Shown here piece after piece: positions 39,329 through 50,953 of a stretch of 64,000 nucleotides of DNA (its first letter is position 1; the number at the start of each line of letters is the position of its first letter). The notes beneath the pieces were generated by a model. The model was not told where the DNA came from. It saw only the letters and a program-made list of their open reading frames with translations, and did no database searches. The DNA lies in the NCBI GenBank assembly GCA_963716745.1, contig OY970320.1, positions 2,144,001 through 2,208,000 of the forward strand, given 5' to 3'. The translations under genes were made by a program, and so were the position numbers. Source of the DNA: an uncultured Gemmatimonadaceae bacterium. Lineage in GTDB: Bacteria; Gemmatimonadota; Gemmatimonadetes; Gemmatimonadales; Gemmatimonadaceae.

Positions 39329-39493
39329 GGCGCGGGAAGCGGGGAGCGGGAAGCGCTGCGAAACCCGCGCGGAATGCGCGCCCGAACAAACGCCCCTTGC
39401 CGCCCGACTGGGGAGACGCATCTTCGTGTCCTCTGGGCGTACCGCGCGTCCCCTGCAGTTGCGCGGCGCTTCCCGCTTCCCGCTTCCCGCGCC
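39329..39493. repeat. Family C heptamer inverted repeat pair in the divergent promoter region
   Basis: ggcgcgggaagcggggagcgggaagcgctgcg (39329-39360) and cgcggcgcttcccgcttcccgcttcccgcgcc (39462-39493). Confidence 0.88.
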
Positions 39494-39497
39494 CGAA

Positions 39498-40097
39498 ATG
39501 CCTTCCGCCCCCCTCCCTCTCCTCTATCTCGCCCGCCACGGGGAGACCGAGTGGAGTCTGTCTGGCCGCCATACCGGGCTCACCGACATCCCGCTTACCG
39601 AGCGCGGGGAGCAAGGAGCTCGCGCCCTCGCGGCCCCGCTCGGCGGGATCGCCTTCGAACAGGTGTTCACGAGCCCGTTGCAGCGCGCCAAGCGCACCTG
39701 CGAGCTCGCTGGATTCGGGGCGAGCGCCGCGGTGGACCCCGATCTCGTCGAGTGGGATTACGGGAATTATGAGGGCCGCAAGACGGATGAGATCCTCGCC
39801 GAGCGTCCCGGCTGGCAGCTCTTTCGCGATGGGTGTCCGGGGGGCGAGTCGCCGGCGCAGGTGGGTGCGCGTGCCGATCGCGTGATCGCGCGCGTGCGCG
39901 CTGCCGCCGGCAACACGCTCCTCTTCTCGAGCGGCCACTTCCTTCGCACCCTCTCGGCGCGCTGGCTCGGACTCCCCCCGGGCGATGGCCGGCTGCTCTA
40001 TCTGAGCACCGCCACCTTGAGCACGCTGGGGTACGAGCATAGTGTCACTGAACCGGTATTGCGCCTCTGGAATTCAATTCCCGCCACGCGGACGTGA
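39498..40097 (+). CDS. Histidine phosphatase family protein
   Basis: LARHGETEWS, SPLQRA, EWDYG, GGES; second His position reads SSGH. Confidence 0.92.
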   Translation: MPSAPLPLLYLARHGETEWSLSGRHTGLTDIPLTERGEQGARALAAPLGGIAFEQVFTSPLQRAKRTCELAGFGASAAVDPDLVEWDYGNYEGRKTDEILAERPGWQLFRDGCPGGESPAQVGARADRVIARVRAAAGNTLLFSSGHFLRTLSARWLGLPPGDGRLLYLSTATLSTLGYEHSVTEPVLRLWNSIPATRT

Positions 40098-40101
40098 TCC
40101 A

Positions 40102-41187
40102 ATGAAAGCCACCCAGACACTCCACGACCTCGGCCAAAGCCTTTGGCTCGACAATATCACGCGCGGCCTGATCTCGAGTGGCACGCTGCGACGCTACATC
40201 GACGAGCTGTCGGTGACCGGGCTCACGTCGAACCCGACGATCTTCGATCTCGCGCTCAAGGGCAGTGCCGACTATGACGCCGACATCGCGAAGAAGCTGG
40301 GCGAGGGGAAATCGGGCGAGAAACTCTTCTTCGAACTCGCGATCGACGACCTGACGCGCGCCGCCGATCTCTTCCGTCCGGTGCACGACAAGACGGCCGG
40401 GGTCGACGGCTGGGTGTCGCTCGAGGTGTCGCCGCTGCTCGCGTTCGACACGAAGACCACGCTCGACCAGGCGGTGCAGCTGCACAAGCGCGCGAACCGC
40501 CCGAACCTGTTCATCAAGATCCCCGGCACGAAGGAAGGAGTCCCCGCCATCGAGGAGGCCATCTTCGCCGGCGTGCCGATCAACGTCACGCTGCTCTTCT
40601 CGCGCGAGCAGTATCTCGCGTCGGCCGAAGCGTACCTGCGCGGCATCGAGCGGCGCATCGCGGCGGGTCTCTCGCCGAACGTGACGTCGGTCGCGAGTGT
40701 GTTCATCAGCCGTTGGGACGCGGCCGTCGCGGCGAAGGTGCCACCGGAGCTCGTGAACAAACTCGGCATCGCGATCAGCCGGCGCTGCTACAAGGCGTAC
40801 CTCGATTTCATCCAGACGCCGCGCTACCTCGCCGCGCTCAACGCCGGTGCGCGGCCGCAGCGGCTGCTGCTCGCGAGCACCGGCACGAAGGACCCCAAGG
40901 CGAGCGACGTGATGTACATCGAAGCGCTCGCCGCGCCCTTCACGGTGAACACGATCCCCGAGAATACGCTCAAGGCGTTCTACGATCACGGCAAGCCCGG
41001 CGCGACGATGCCGCGCGATGGCGGCGACTGCGAGCAGGTGCTCGCGCAATTCGCGAAGGCCGGCGTGGACATCGACGCTGTGGCGGCGAAGCTGCAGACG
41101 GATGGCGCCGCGTCGTTCGTGAAGTCCTGGAACGAGCTGCAGTCCGGCCTCGAGAACAAGAGTGCGGCGCTGAAGAAGGCCGGCTGA
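40102..41187 (+). CDS. tal: Transaldolase
   Basis: GQSLWLDNI, GLTSNPTIF, VSLEVSP, FIKIPGT, NVTLLFS, ASTGTK. Confidence 0.95.
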   Translation: MKATQTLHDLGQSLWLDNITRGLISSGTLRRYIDELSVTGLTSNPTIFDLALKGSADYDADIAKKLGEGKSGEKLFFELAIDDLTRAADLFRPVHDKTAGVDGWVSLEVSPLLAFDTKTTLDQAVQLHKRANRPNLFIKIPGTKEGVPAIEEAIFAGVPINVTLLFSREQYLASAEAYLRGIERRIAAGLSPNVTSVASVFISRWDAAVAAKVPPELVNKLGIAISRRCYKAYLDFIQTPRYLAALNAGARPQRLLLASTGTKDPKASDVMYIEALAAPFTVNTIPENTLKAFYDHGKPGATMPRDGGDCEQVLAQFAKAGVDIDAVAAKLQTDGAASFVKSWNELQSGLENKSAALKKAG

Positions 41188-41188
41188 G

Positions 41189-41845
41189 ATGGACGTGCTC
41201 GCGGTGGACGTGGGCGGCACGAACGTGAAGATCCTCGCATCGGGCCAAACGGAATCGCGCCGCTTTCCGTCGGGCACCGGCCTCACGCCCAAGAAGATGG
41301 TGTCCGGCGTGAAGAAACTCGCGCGCGGTTGGCATTTCGACGCCGTGTCGGTGGGCTATCCGGGCCTCGTCATTCGCGGCAAGCCCATCGCCGATCCGCA
41401 CAATCTCGCGCCCGGCTGGGTCGGCTTCGATTTCGAGAAAGCGTTCGGCTGCCCGGTGCGCGTCATCAACGACGCCGCGATGCAGGCACTCGGCAGCTAC
41501 AACGGCGGCCGCATGCTCTTCCTGGGACTGGGCACCGGGCTCGGCACCGCACTCATCGAGAACGGCGAGCTCGAACCGATGGAACTCGCGCACGTGCCCT
41601 ACAAGAAGGCCACGTATGAGGATTACGTCGGCGCGCGTGCGCAGGAGAAATTCGGCAAGAAGAAATGGCGCAAGAACGTCGAGGAAGTGGTCGAGAACCT
41701 CCGCGGGATCTTCGAGCCCGACGACATCGTGCTCGGCGGCGGCAACGTGAAGCAATTGAAGGAGCTGCCGGAGGGATGCCGCGCCGGCGACAACGCGAAC
41801 GCGTTCGTGGGCGGCTTCCGCATGTGGGAGGCGCGCAAGGAATGA
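41189..41845 (+). CDS. ROK family / polyphosphate glucokinase-like sugar kinase
   Basis: DVGGTNVK, GYPG, NDAAMQA, LGLGTGLG, ELAH, LGGGN. Confidence 0.85.
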   Translation: MDVLAVDVGGTNVKILASGQTESRRFPSGTGLTPKKMVSGVKKLARGWHFDAVSVGYPGLVIRGKPIADPHNLAPGWVGFDFEKAFGCPVRVINDAAMQALGSYNGGRMLFLGLGTGLGTALIENGELEPMELAHVPYKKATYEDYVGARAQEKFGKKKWRKNVEEVVENLRGIFEPDDIVLGGGNVKQLKELPEGCRAGDNANAFVGGFRMWEARKE

Positions 41846-43465
41846 CCGCGACCAGCCGAGCGCCCGTCATGGAGCGCACTCCGCGCGCACGCGGAGAAGG
41901 CGCGCGCGCTCTCGCTGCGCGAGCTGTTCGCCGGCGATCCCAAGCGGGGCGAGCGCCTCACGCTCGAGGCGTGCGGACTCTTCGTGGATTATTCGAAGAA
42001 TCGCGTCACGGATGAGACGCTGGCGCTGCTCGTGAAGCTGGCGGAGGATTCGGGGCTGCGCGCGCGCATCGACGCGATGTTCCGTGGCGACAAGATCAAC
42101 ATCACCGAGGATCGCGCGGTGCTGCACGTCGCGCTCCGCGCGCCGCGCAACGCCGTGATCATGGCCGACGGGAAGAACGTCATGCCCGATGTGCACGCCG
42201 TGCTCGACAAGATGGCGGCGTTCAGCGATCAAGTGCGCAGCGGCGCGTGGAAGGGGCACACCGGCAAGCGCATCAAGAACGTGGTCAACATCGGCATCGG
42301 CGGCTCGGATCTCGGGCCGGTGATGGCGTACGAAGCGCTGCGCTTCTATAGCGACCGCTCGCTCACCTTCCGTTTCGTCTCCAACATCGACGGCACCGAC
42401 ATCGCCGAAGCGACGCGCGATCTCGACGCCGCCGAGACGATGTTCATTGTCTCATCCAAGACATTCACGACGATCGAGACGATGACCAACGCCGGCACCG
42501 CGCGCGATTGGCTGCTGCGCGCACTCGGTGGCGATGCGAAGGCGGTCGCGAAACACTTCGTGGCCGTGTCCACGAACGAACAGAAGGTGCGCGAGTTCGG
42601 CATCGACACCGCCAACATGTTCGGCTTCTGGGATTGGGTGGGCGGCCGCTACTCGATGGACTCGGCGATCGGCCTATCGACCATGATCGCCATCGGCCCG
42701 GAGAATTTCCGCGCGATGCTGGCCGGCTTCCACGAGATGGACGAGCATTTCCGCACCGCGCCCTTCGCGCAGAACCTGCCCGCGCTGCTCGGCCTGCTCG
42801 CGATCTGGTACAACGATTTCTTCGGCGCACAGACCGTGGCCGTACTGCCATATGAACAATATCTGAAGCGCTTTCCCGCGTACCTGCAGCAGCTCACGAT
42901 GGAGAGCAACGGGAAGCACGTGCACCTCGACGGCGCACGCGTGGACGTGGACACGAGTCCCATCTACTGGGGCGAGCCCGGAACGAACGGCCAGCACTCG
43001 TTCTACCAGCTGATCCATCAGGGCACGCGGCTCATTCCGTGTGATTTCATCATCTTCATCAAGGCGCTGAACACGGTGGGGCGCCATCACGACATCCTCG
43101 TCGCCAACGTGCTCGCACAAACGGAAGCGCTGGCTTTCGGGAAGACAGCTGACCAGGTACGCGCCGAGGGCACGCCGGAATGGCTCGTGCCACATCGCGT
43201 GTTCGAGGGGAATCGCCCGTCCAATACGATCATCGCTGAGCAACTCACGCCGCGGTCGCTCGGTGCGCTCGTCGCACTCTACGAGCACAGTGTGTTCACA
43301 CAGGGCGTGATCTGGAGCATCGACTCGTTCGATCAGTGGGGCGTCGAGCTGGGCAAGCAGCTCGCGCAGCGGATCATTCCGGAGCTCGAGGGCGCCGCCG
43401 ATCCCAAGCTCACGCACGACAGTTCCACCAACGCGCTCATCCGGCGCTACAGGAAACTCAAATAG
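41842..43465 (+). CDS. pgi: Glucose-6-phosphate isomerase (frameshift in first about 10 codons)
   Basis: [56 protein letters not shown]. Confidence 0.95.
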
Positions 43466-43496
43466 TGAACGGCCACGCGCCGACCAAGGAGATGTC

Positions 43497-44540
43497 ATGC
43501 AACTCGCAATGATCGGACTCGGCCGCATGGGCGCGAACATGGTGAAGCGCCTCACCAAGGGCGGACACGACTGCGTGGTCTTCGACCGGTCGCCGGACGC
43601 CGTGAAGGATCTCGCCAAGGGCAAGATCGTCGGTGCCAGCTCACTCGAGGATCTCGTCAAGAAGATGAAGAAGCCGCGCACGCTCTGGCTCATGGTGCCG
43701 GCGGCCGTGGTGGACGCGAGCATCGCGAGTCTCACGCCACTGCTGCAGGACGGCGACACGATCATCGACGGCGGCAATTCCTACTATGTCGATGACATCC
43801 GCCGCGCCACGACGCTCGCCGCCGAGGGCATCCACTACGTGGACGTCGGAACGAGCGGCGGCGTGTGGGGGCTCGAGCGCGGCTACTGCATGATGATCGG
43901 CGGCGAGAAGAAGGTCGTGAAGCGGCTCGATCCGATCTTCGCCACCCTCGCGCCCGGCATCGGGAAGATCGAGCGCACGCCCGGACGCGAGAAACTCGGC
44001 GGCACCGCCGAATCAGGCTACCTGCATTGCGGCCCCAACGGTGCCGGCCACTTCGTGAAGATGGTGCACAACGGCATCGAGTATGGTCTCATGGCCGCGT
44101 ACGCCGAAGGACTCGGCGTGCTCGCCGAGGCGAACATCGGCAAGAAGACGCACGAAGTGGATGCCGAGACCACGCCGCTGCGCGATCCCGAGCACTATCA
44201 GTACGACCTGAACCTGAGCGACGTGACCGAAGTCTGGCGGCGTGGCAGCGTGATCAGTTCGTGGCTGCTGGATCTCACCGCTGCGGCGCTCGTGAAGGAC
44301 GAGAAGCTCGGCGAGTTCGGCGGCCGCGTGTCCGACTCGGGCGAAGGCCGCTGGACGATCAAAGCCGCCATCGACGAGGGCGTGCCCACGCCGGTGCTCA
44401 CCACCGCGTTGTACGAGCGGTTCAGCTCGCGCGGCCAGGCCGACTATCAGAATCGCATCCTGTCGGCCATGCGCTTCGCGTTCGGCGGGCATCTCGAGAA
44501 ACCGGCCGATGCCGCGCCGGCCAAGAAGAAGAAATCATGA
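43497..44540 (+). CDS. gnd: Decarboxylating 6-phosphogluconate dehydrogenase (short type)
   Basis: [46 protein letters not shown]. Confidence 0.95.
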   Translation: MQLAMIGLGRMGANMVKRLTKGGHDCVVFDRSPDAVKDLAKGKIVGASSLEDLVKKMKKPRTLWLMVPAAVVDASIASLTPLLQDGDTIIDGGNSYYVDDIRRATTLAAEGIHYVDVGTSGGVWGLERGYCMMIGGEKKVVKRLDPIFATLAPGIGKIERTPGREKLGGTAESGYLHCGPNGAGHFVKMVHNGIEYGLMAAYAEGLGVLAEANIGKKTHEVDAETTPLRDPEHYQYDLNLSDVTEVWRRGSVISSWLLDLTAAALVKDEKLGEFGGRVSDSGEGRWTIKAAIDEGVPTPVLTTALYERFSSRGQADYQNRILSAMRFAFGGHLEKPADAAPAKKKKS

Positions 44541-45922
44541 GCGACCAGGTCCACTCCGGCGCGCTCGTTTTCTTCGGCGCCACCGGCGATCTCGCGTACA
44601 AGAAGATCTTCCCTGCGCTGCAGGCGATGATCAAGCGTGGGCATCTCGACGTGCCAGTGATCGGCGTGGCGAAGTCGTCGTGGAACTGCGATCAGCTGGT
44701 CGCGCGCGCCAAGGACAGCCTCGAGAAACATGGCGGCATCGACCAGGCCGCTTTCGCGAAGCTCGTGAAGCTCCTGCGCTACGTGGACGGCGATTACAAC
44801 GACGCGAGCACCTACGAGAAGATCAAGAAAGAACTCCGCGGTGCCGAGCGCCCCGCGCACTATCTCGCGATCCCGCCGGTGCTCTTCGGCGTCGCCGTCG
44901 AACACCTGCGCAACGCCGGCCTCACCAAGGATGCGCGAGTGATCGTCGAGAAACCGTTCGGCACCGACGGCGACTCCGCTCGCGCGCTCAATACCATCCT
45001 GCTGAGCGCCTTCAAGGAAACGTCGATCTTCCGCATCGACCACTACCTGGGCAAGCGACCGGTACACAACATGCTCTTCTTTCGCTTCACGAACCTTTTC
45101 CTCGAGTCGTTCTGGAACCGCGAGCACGTCGAGAGCGTGCAGATCACCATGGCCGAGGATTTCGGCGTGCAGGGGCGCGGCGCGTTCTACGACGAGACCG
45201 GCACCACACGCGACGTAGTGCAGAACCATCTCTTCCAGGTGATGTGCAACGTCGCGATGGAGCCGCCGGTGCGCACCGACAGCGAATCCATCCGCGACGA
45301 GAAGGTGAAAGTGCTCAAGGCGATCCCCACGCTCCAAGTGGCGGATATCGTCCGCGGCCAGTTCGACGGCTACCTCAAGGAGGCGGGCGTTAAGCCCGGC
45401 TCGGTCACGGAGACCTTCTCCGCCGTGAAGCTCGCGATCAACTCGTGGCGGTGGCAGGGCGTGCCCTTCTACATCCGCGCGGGTAAGTCACTGCCGGTCA
45501 CGTGTACCGAACTCTTCGTGCGGCTGCGCCGCCCGCCGGCGCTTTTTCCAACGAACGGCCAGCGCGGGAACTACTTCCGATTCCGCATCAGCCCCGACGT
45601 CACCACGGCCGTGGGCATGAACGTGATGGCGCCGGGCGAAGAGATGCGAGGCGCCCTCGCCGAAATGGTGGCCAGCTCGCATCCGGCCGCCGATGAGATG
45701 GATGCCTATGAGCGTGTGCTCGGCGACGCGATGGTGGGCGACGCGACGCTCTTCGCGCGCGAGGACTACGCCGAGGAGGCGTGGCGCATCGTGGACCCCG
45801 CCCTCAAGGCGAAGACGCCGGTGTACCCGTACGCGCCGGGCACGTGGGGTCCCAAGGAAGCCGACCGGATCGCGCCCGACGGCGGTTGGCACGACCCCGT
45901 GCTCGACGCGCCCGCGACGTGA
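44537..45922 (+). CDS. zwf: Glucose-6-phosphate dehydrogenase (copy 2)
   Basis: [52 protein letters not shown]. Confidence 0.95.
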   Translation: MSDQVHSGALVFFGATGDLAYKKIFPALQAMIKRGHLDVPVIGVAKSSWNCDQLVARAKDSLEKHGGIDQAAFAKLVKLLRYVDGDYNDASTYEKIKKELRGAERPAHYLAIPPVLFGVAVEHLRNAGLTKDARVIVEKPFGTDGDSARALNTILLSAFKETSIFRIDHYLGKRPVHNMLFFRFTNLFLESFWNREHVESVQITMAEDFGVQGRGAFYDETGTTRDVVQNHLFQVMCNVAMEPPVRTDSESIRDEKVKVLKAIPTLQVADIVRGQFDGYLKEAGVKPGSVTETFSAVKLAINSWRWQGVPFYIRAGKSLPVTCTELFVRLRRPPALFPTNGQRGNYFRFRISPDVTTAVGMNVMAPGEEMRGALAEMVASSHPAADEMDAYERVLGDAMVGDATLFAREDYAEEAWRIVDPALKAKTPVYPYAPGTWGPKEADRIAPDGGWHDPVLDAPAT

Positions 45923-46611
45923 AGATCGAGGTCCTGCCCGACGATATCGCGGTCGCCTCCCTCGCCGCCGAGGTCATCGCCGGCGACGCGCGCGCGGCGA
46001 TCGGCGCGCGCGGCGTGTTCACGCTCGCGGTGAGCGGCGGCAACACGCCGTGGCAGATGCTGCGCGCGCTCGCGCAGCAGCCGGTGCCGTGGAGCGCGGT
46101 GCATTTATTCCAGGTGGACGAGCGCGTCGCGCCTGATGGCGATAGCGCCCGCAATCTCACACACATCCGCGAGACGCTGCTCAACGCCGTGAACATTCCG
46201 GTGCAGAACGTGCACCCGATGCCGGTGAACGACCCCGATCTCCCGGCCGCGGCCGGACGCTACGCCCACGAGATCGAGAGCAGCGCCGGCGCGCCGCCGG
46301 TGTTCGATGTCGTGCATCTCGGGCTTGGACCCGACGGCCACACCGCGTCGCTCGTGCCCGGCGATCCCGCGCTGCTCGTGACGAACACCGAGGTCGCGCT
46401 CGCGGGTCCGTACATGGGCCATCGCCGCATGACGCTCACCTATCCGGTGCTCGATGGCGCGCGCCGCGTGCTGTGGCTGGTGACGGGCGCCGAGAAGGCA
46501 CGCATGCTCGCGCTGCTTCGCGCGGGCGATCGCACGATCCCGGCGGGCCGCGTGAGTGCCGAGAACGCCCTCGTGCTCGCCGACCGCGCGGCCGCGTCGG
46601 CTCACGGATAA
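45919..46611 (+). CDS. pgl: 6-phosphogluconolactonase
   Basis: AVSGGNTP, VDERV, LGLGPDGHTASL, RMTLT, VTGAEK. Confidence 0.93.
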   Translation: MKIEVLPDDIAVASLAAEVIAGDARAAIGARGVFTLAVSGGNTPWQMLRALAQQPVPWSAVHLFQVDERVAPDGDSARNLTHIRETLLNAVNIPVQNVHPMPVNDPDLPAAAGRYAHEIESSAGAPPVFDVVHLGLGPDGHTASLVPGDPALLVTNTEVALAGPYMGHRRMTLTYPVLDGARRVLWLVTGAEKARMLALLRAGDRTIPAGRVSAENALVLADRAAASAHG

Positions 46612-46624
46612 CGGGAGAGCGAAC

Positions 46625-49336
46625 ATGCCATTCATGGCGCCGGCACCGGCGAGCAATTCCGTGGAACAGAAGCGCATGCAAGCGCTCAAGGCCGGCACCG
46701 AGCCATGGCGCCGATGGGGGCCGTACGTGTCCGAGCGGCAGTGGGGCACCGTGCGCGAGGACTACAGCGCGGACGGGAACGCGTGGGATTATCTCACACA
46801 CGACCAATCGCGCAGCCGGACGTTTCGCTGGGGCGAGGACGGCATCGCCGGATGGTGCGACGACCAGCAGCGCCTGTGCCTCACGCTCGCGATGTGGAAC
46901 GGCGTGGACCCGATCCTCAAGGAGCGCCTGTTCGGTCTCACGAACAGCGAGGGCAATCACGGCGAAGATGTGAAGGAGATGTACTGGTACCTCGACGCCA
47001 CGCCGAGCCACTCGTACCAGAAGATGCTGTACAAGTATCCGCAGCGGGAATTCCCCTATGCGAAACTCGTCGCGGAGAACAAGGCGCGCGGCCAGGACCA
47101 GCCCGAGTTCGACCTGATCGACAGCGACGCCTTTGACGACGACCGCTACTTCGACGTGTTCGTGGAGTACGCGAAGGCCGGGCCGGACGACACGCTCATG
47201 CTCGTCACGGTGCACAACCGCGGTCCCGACGCGGCGGCGATCCGGCTGATCCCGCAGCTCACGCTGCGCGACACGTGGTCGTGGGCACCGAACGCGCACA
47301 AACCATCCATGAAAGCCGAGCGCGGTGCGATCTCCATCGAACACGAGACGCTCGGCAGCTTCCGGCTCGACGCTGACGCCAAGCCACAGCTCCTGTTCAC
47401 CGAGAACGCGAGCAATGCGCCGCGCCTCTGGGGACACACCGGCGTCGCCGGTCCGTTCAAGGATGCGTTCCACGAGTATGTCGTGAACGGCAAACTCGAC
47501 GCCGTGAGCACCGCCATGCGCGGCACGAAGGCTGGTGCGCTCTACCACATGGAGGTCCTCGGCGGCGCGTCGGCGCAGGTGCGCGTGCGCTTGCGGCCAG
47601 CGGCCGGCGTGCAGTCGAACGCGTTCGCCGATTTCGACGAGACGATGGCGACGCGGCGCCGCGAGGCCGATGCGTATTACGATGAGCTGCAGCATGGCCT
47701 CGAGGACCCCGACGTCCGGCTCGTGCAACGGCAGGCGTTCGCCGGTATGCTGTGGACCAAACAGTTCTACTGCTACAATGTCACGCGCTGGCTGGATGGC
47801 GATCCCACGCAACCACCGCCGCCGGCCGCGCGCAAGCAGGGGCGCAACAAGGATTGGGGGCACGTGGCCGCCGCCGAGATCATCTCAATGCCCGACAAGT
47901 GGGAATACCCGTGGTTCGCGGCGTGGGATCTCGCCTTCCACTGCTACGTGTTCGCCGACATCGATCCGGAATTCGCGAAGCACCAGCTGATCCTGCTCGC
48001 GCGCGAGTGGTACATGCATCCCAACGGCCAGTTGCCGGCTTACGAATGGGCGTTCGGCGATGTGAATCCGCCCGTGCACGCGTGGGCCGCGCATCGTGTG
48101 TTCCAGATCGACCAACTGCAGCGCCGCCGAGAGAACCCCGACGATCCGGGCGATCTCGAGTTCCTCGAGCGCGTGTTCCAGAAACTGCTCCTCAACTTCA
48201 CCTGGTGGGTGAACCGCAAGGACGAGCAGGGGCGGAACATCTTTCAGGGCGGCTTCCTTGGCCTCGACAACATCGGCGTCTTCGACCGCAGCCAGGCGCT
48301 GCCCACGGGTGGGTATATCAACCAGGCCGATGGCACGAGCTGGATGGCCGCGTACTGCCTGAACATGCTGCGCATCGCGGCGGAGCTTGGCGTTCACAAC
48401 CACGCGTACGAGGACATCGCCAGCAAATTCTTCGAGCACTTCCTGTCGATCGCCGCCGCGATCAACGGCGAGGGCGACAACGCGATGGGGCTCTGGGACG
48501 AGACCGACCAGTTCTACTACGATCACATCAGCCTGCCCGACGGCCGAAACATCCCGCTCAAGCTGGAATCGCTCGTGGGGCTCACGCCGTTGTTCGTGTG
48601 TCAGCCGGTGGATCCGGTTGTGCTCGCCAAGCTTCCGCACTTCACGCGGCGCATGGAGTGGTACCTCGCGAACCGCCCCGAGATGGCGGCCATGGTCTCG
48701 AACTGGAAGGAGCCGGGCGTGGGCGACTGGCGACTGCTCTCGCTCCTGCGCTCGCATCGCATGACCGCGCTGCTGAGCAAGATGCTGGACGAGCGGCACT
48801 TCCTGTCGGACTTCGGCGTGCGGTCGATGTCCAAGGTGCATGAGCGCGCACCGTACGAGCTGAACATCGACGGCGCACGCTACGAGGTGATCTACGCGCC
48901 CGCGGAATCGACGAGCACATTGTTCGGCGGCAATTCGAATTGGCGCGGGCCGGTGTGGCTCAACATGAATCTGCTGCTCATCGAGGCGCTCGAGAAATTC
49001 GACTATTACTACGGACCCGACTTCAAGGTGGAATGCCCCACCGGCTCCGGGAACATGGTCACGCTCCGCGGCGCCGCGCTCGAGATCGTGCACCGGATCA
49101 CGCGCATCTTCCTCAAAGGCGCGGATGGAGAGCGCCCCGTGCTCAAGAGCCATCCGAAATTGTCGGGCGATCCGCACTTCCGCGACTACGTGCACTTCCA
49201 CGAGTACTTCCATGGCGACACCGGCCGCGGGCTCGGCGCGTCGCACCAGACTGGATGGACCGGCGTGGTCGCGCGCCTGCTCTGGCATGAGACCGGACGG
49301 CAGGGGATCGCCACCCAGCGCGAGGTCGCGCGGTGA
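46625..49336 (+). CDS. MGH1-like glycoside hydrolase (GH63) glucosidase
   Basis: WGPYVSERQWGTVREDYS, MPDKWEYPWFAAWDLAFH, GGFLGLDNIG, NSNWRGPVW, FHEYFHGDTGRGLGASHQTGWT. Confidence 0.9.
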   Translation: MPFMAPAPASNSVEQKRMQALKAGTEPWRRWGPYVSERQWGTVREDYSADGNAWDYLTHDQSRSRTFRWGEDGIAGWCDDQQRLCLTLAMWNGVDPILKERLFGLTNSEGNHGEDVKEMYWYLDATPSHSYQKMLYKYPQREFPYAKLVAENKARGQDQPEFDLIDSDAFDDDRYFDVFVEYAKAGPDDTLMLVTVHNRGPDAAAIRLIPQLTLRDTWSWAPNAHKPSMKAERGAISIEHETLGSFRLDADAKPQLLFTENASNAPRLWGHTGVAGPFKDAFHEYVVNGKLDAVSTAMRGTKAGALYHMEVLGGASAQVRVRLRPAAGVQSNAFADFDETMATRRREADAYYDELQHGLEDPDVRLVQRQAFAGMLWTKQFYCYNVTRWLDGDPTQPPPPAARKQGRNKDWGHVAAAEIISMPDKWEYPWFAAWDLAFHCYVFADIDPEFAKHQLILLAREWYMHPNGQLPAYEWAFGDVNPPVHAWAAHRVFQIDQLQRRRENPDDPGDLEFLERVFQKLLLNFTWWVNRKDEQGRNIFQGGFLGLDNIGVFDRSQALPTGGYINQADGTSWMAAYCLNMLRIAAELGVHNHAYEDIASKFFEHFLSIAAAINGEGDNAMGLWDETDQFYYDHISLPDGRNIPLKLESLVGLTPLFVCQPVDPVVLAKLPHFTRRMEWYLANRPEMAAMVSNWKEPGVGDWRLLSLLRSHRMTALLSKMLDERHFLSDFGVRSMSKVHERAPYELNIDGARYEVIYAPAESTSTLFGGNSNWRGPVWLNMNLLLIEALEKFDYYYGPDFKVECPTGSGNMVTLRGAALEIVHRITRIFLKGADGERPVLKSHPKLSGDPHFRDYVHFHEYFHGDTGRGLGASHQTGWTGVVARLLWHETGRQGIATQREVAR

Positions 49337-50953
49337 ACACGGTACTGCTCTCGCGTGGGCAGTTCGCGCTCACGATCGCGTTCCACTTCATCTTCCCGCC
49401 GATCACGATCGGGCTGGGGCTCATCCTCGTGGTCATGCAGGGGATGCGGCTGCGCACGGGCAATGCGCTCTACACCGGCATGGCGCATTTCTGGACGAAG
49501 ATCTTCGGGCTCATCTTCGCGATCGGAGTAGCCACCGGCATCCCCATGGAATTCCAGTTCGGCACGAACTGGGCGAACTACGCGCGGTTCGTCGGCGACA
49601 TCTTCGGCAGCCCGCTCGCCATCGAAGGCGTTTACGCGTTCTTCCTCGAGTCGGGGTTCCTCGCGATCCTGCTCTTCGGGTGGAACAAGGTAGGCCCCAA
49701 GATGCATTTCCTCGCGACGTTCCTCGTCGCGCTGGGGGCGACTTTCAGCGCCATCTGGATCATCGTCGCGAATTCATGGATGCAGACGCCCGCCGGCTAT
49801 CACCTCGCGCGCATGGTGAAGGAGATCGCGAGTGGCCAGCAGTTCCCGATGAGCGCCGACCTGGGTAACGCCGCGTTCACTGTGAAGGAGATCCCATTGC
49901 CGGCTGGCTACATCGTGCAGCCATCGGAGATGGGCGATGTGCGCGCGGTGGTGGACGATTTCGCGAAGGCGATCCTCAATCCCTCCACGCTCGACCGGCT
50001 CACGCACACGATCATCGCGTGCTGGATCATTGGCGCGCTCGTGGTCGCGAGCGTGAGCGCGTACTGGCTGCTGCGCGGGCGGCACCTGCCCACCGCGCGC
50101 GTGTCACTCAAGATCGGGCTTGGCGTCGCCGCGGTCGCATCGCTGCTCCAGATGGTCTCGGCGGATATGACGGCGAGTGGCGTCGCACGGCACCAGCCGG
50201 AGAAGCTCGCGGCGATCGAGGGACTCGCGGCCACCACCGCGAATGCGCCGATGGCCATCGGGGGCGTCGTGCATTGGCGGCGCGATTCCGCGGGGCGCAT
50301 CACCGGACTCGACCAGCGGACGCTGAAGGTGCCGAGCCTCTTGAGCATCCTGGTGTCCGGTGATTTCCTGGACCCGGCGCGCGGCGCGAAGACCGTCGTG
50401 CCGGGGCTCAACGACTTGCCCACCGATTCGTTTTTGCTCGCGCGCCATCCCGGCGCGAGCGCGTCGGAGCTCGCGGCGATCCGTCCGAGCTATTGGCCCA
50501 ACGCGCCGCTCGTGTTCCAGACGTACCATCTCATGATCGCCATCGGCGTGTTCCTCGTGGGGATGACGCTCTTCGGACTTCTCCTCTGGAAACTCGGCCG
50601 ACTCTGGGAGGCCGACCGCCCGAGCATCCGCGCCTTCCTCTGGCTGCTCGTGTTCTCGCCCGCACTCGCGGAGATCGCGACGCAGGCCGGATGGGTCACC
50701 GCCGAAGTGGGCCGCCAGCCATGGATCGTGTACCAGGTGCTGAAGACCGCGGACGCGACCTCCGTCGTGGTGAGCAGCGGGCAGGTGGAGCGCTCGATCG
50801 TGCTCTTCTGTCTCATTTACGCTGTTGCTCGGCGCGTTGTTCGTCACGCTGTTCACGCGCATCGTGCACAAAGGGCCACCGCATGACGGGCCGGACACCG
50901 GCCTGCCCGAGAAGTTCGAGGTGCTGTCGCTCAAGACGGAGCGCGAGGCATGA
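49333..50953 (+). CDS. cydA: Cytochrome bd ubiquinol oxidase subunit I (frameshift near 50830)
   Basis: AFHFIFPP, EFQFGTNW, AFFLES, ANSWMQTP, QPEKLAAIEG, EVGRQPW; last TM helix continues in another frame to TGA at 50953. Confidence 0.93.
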
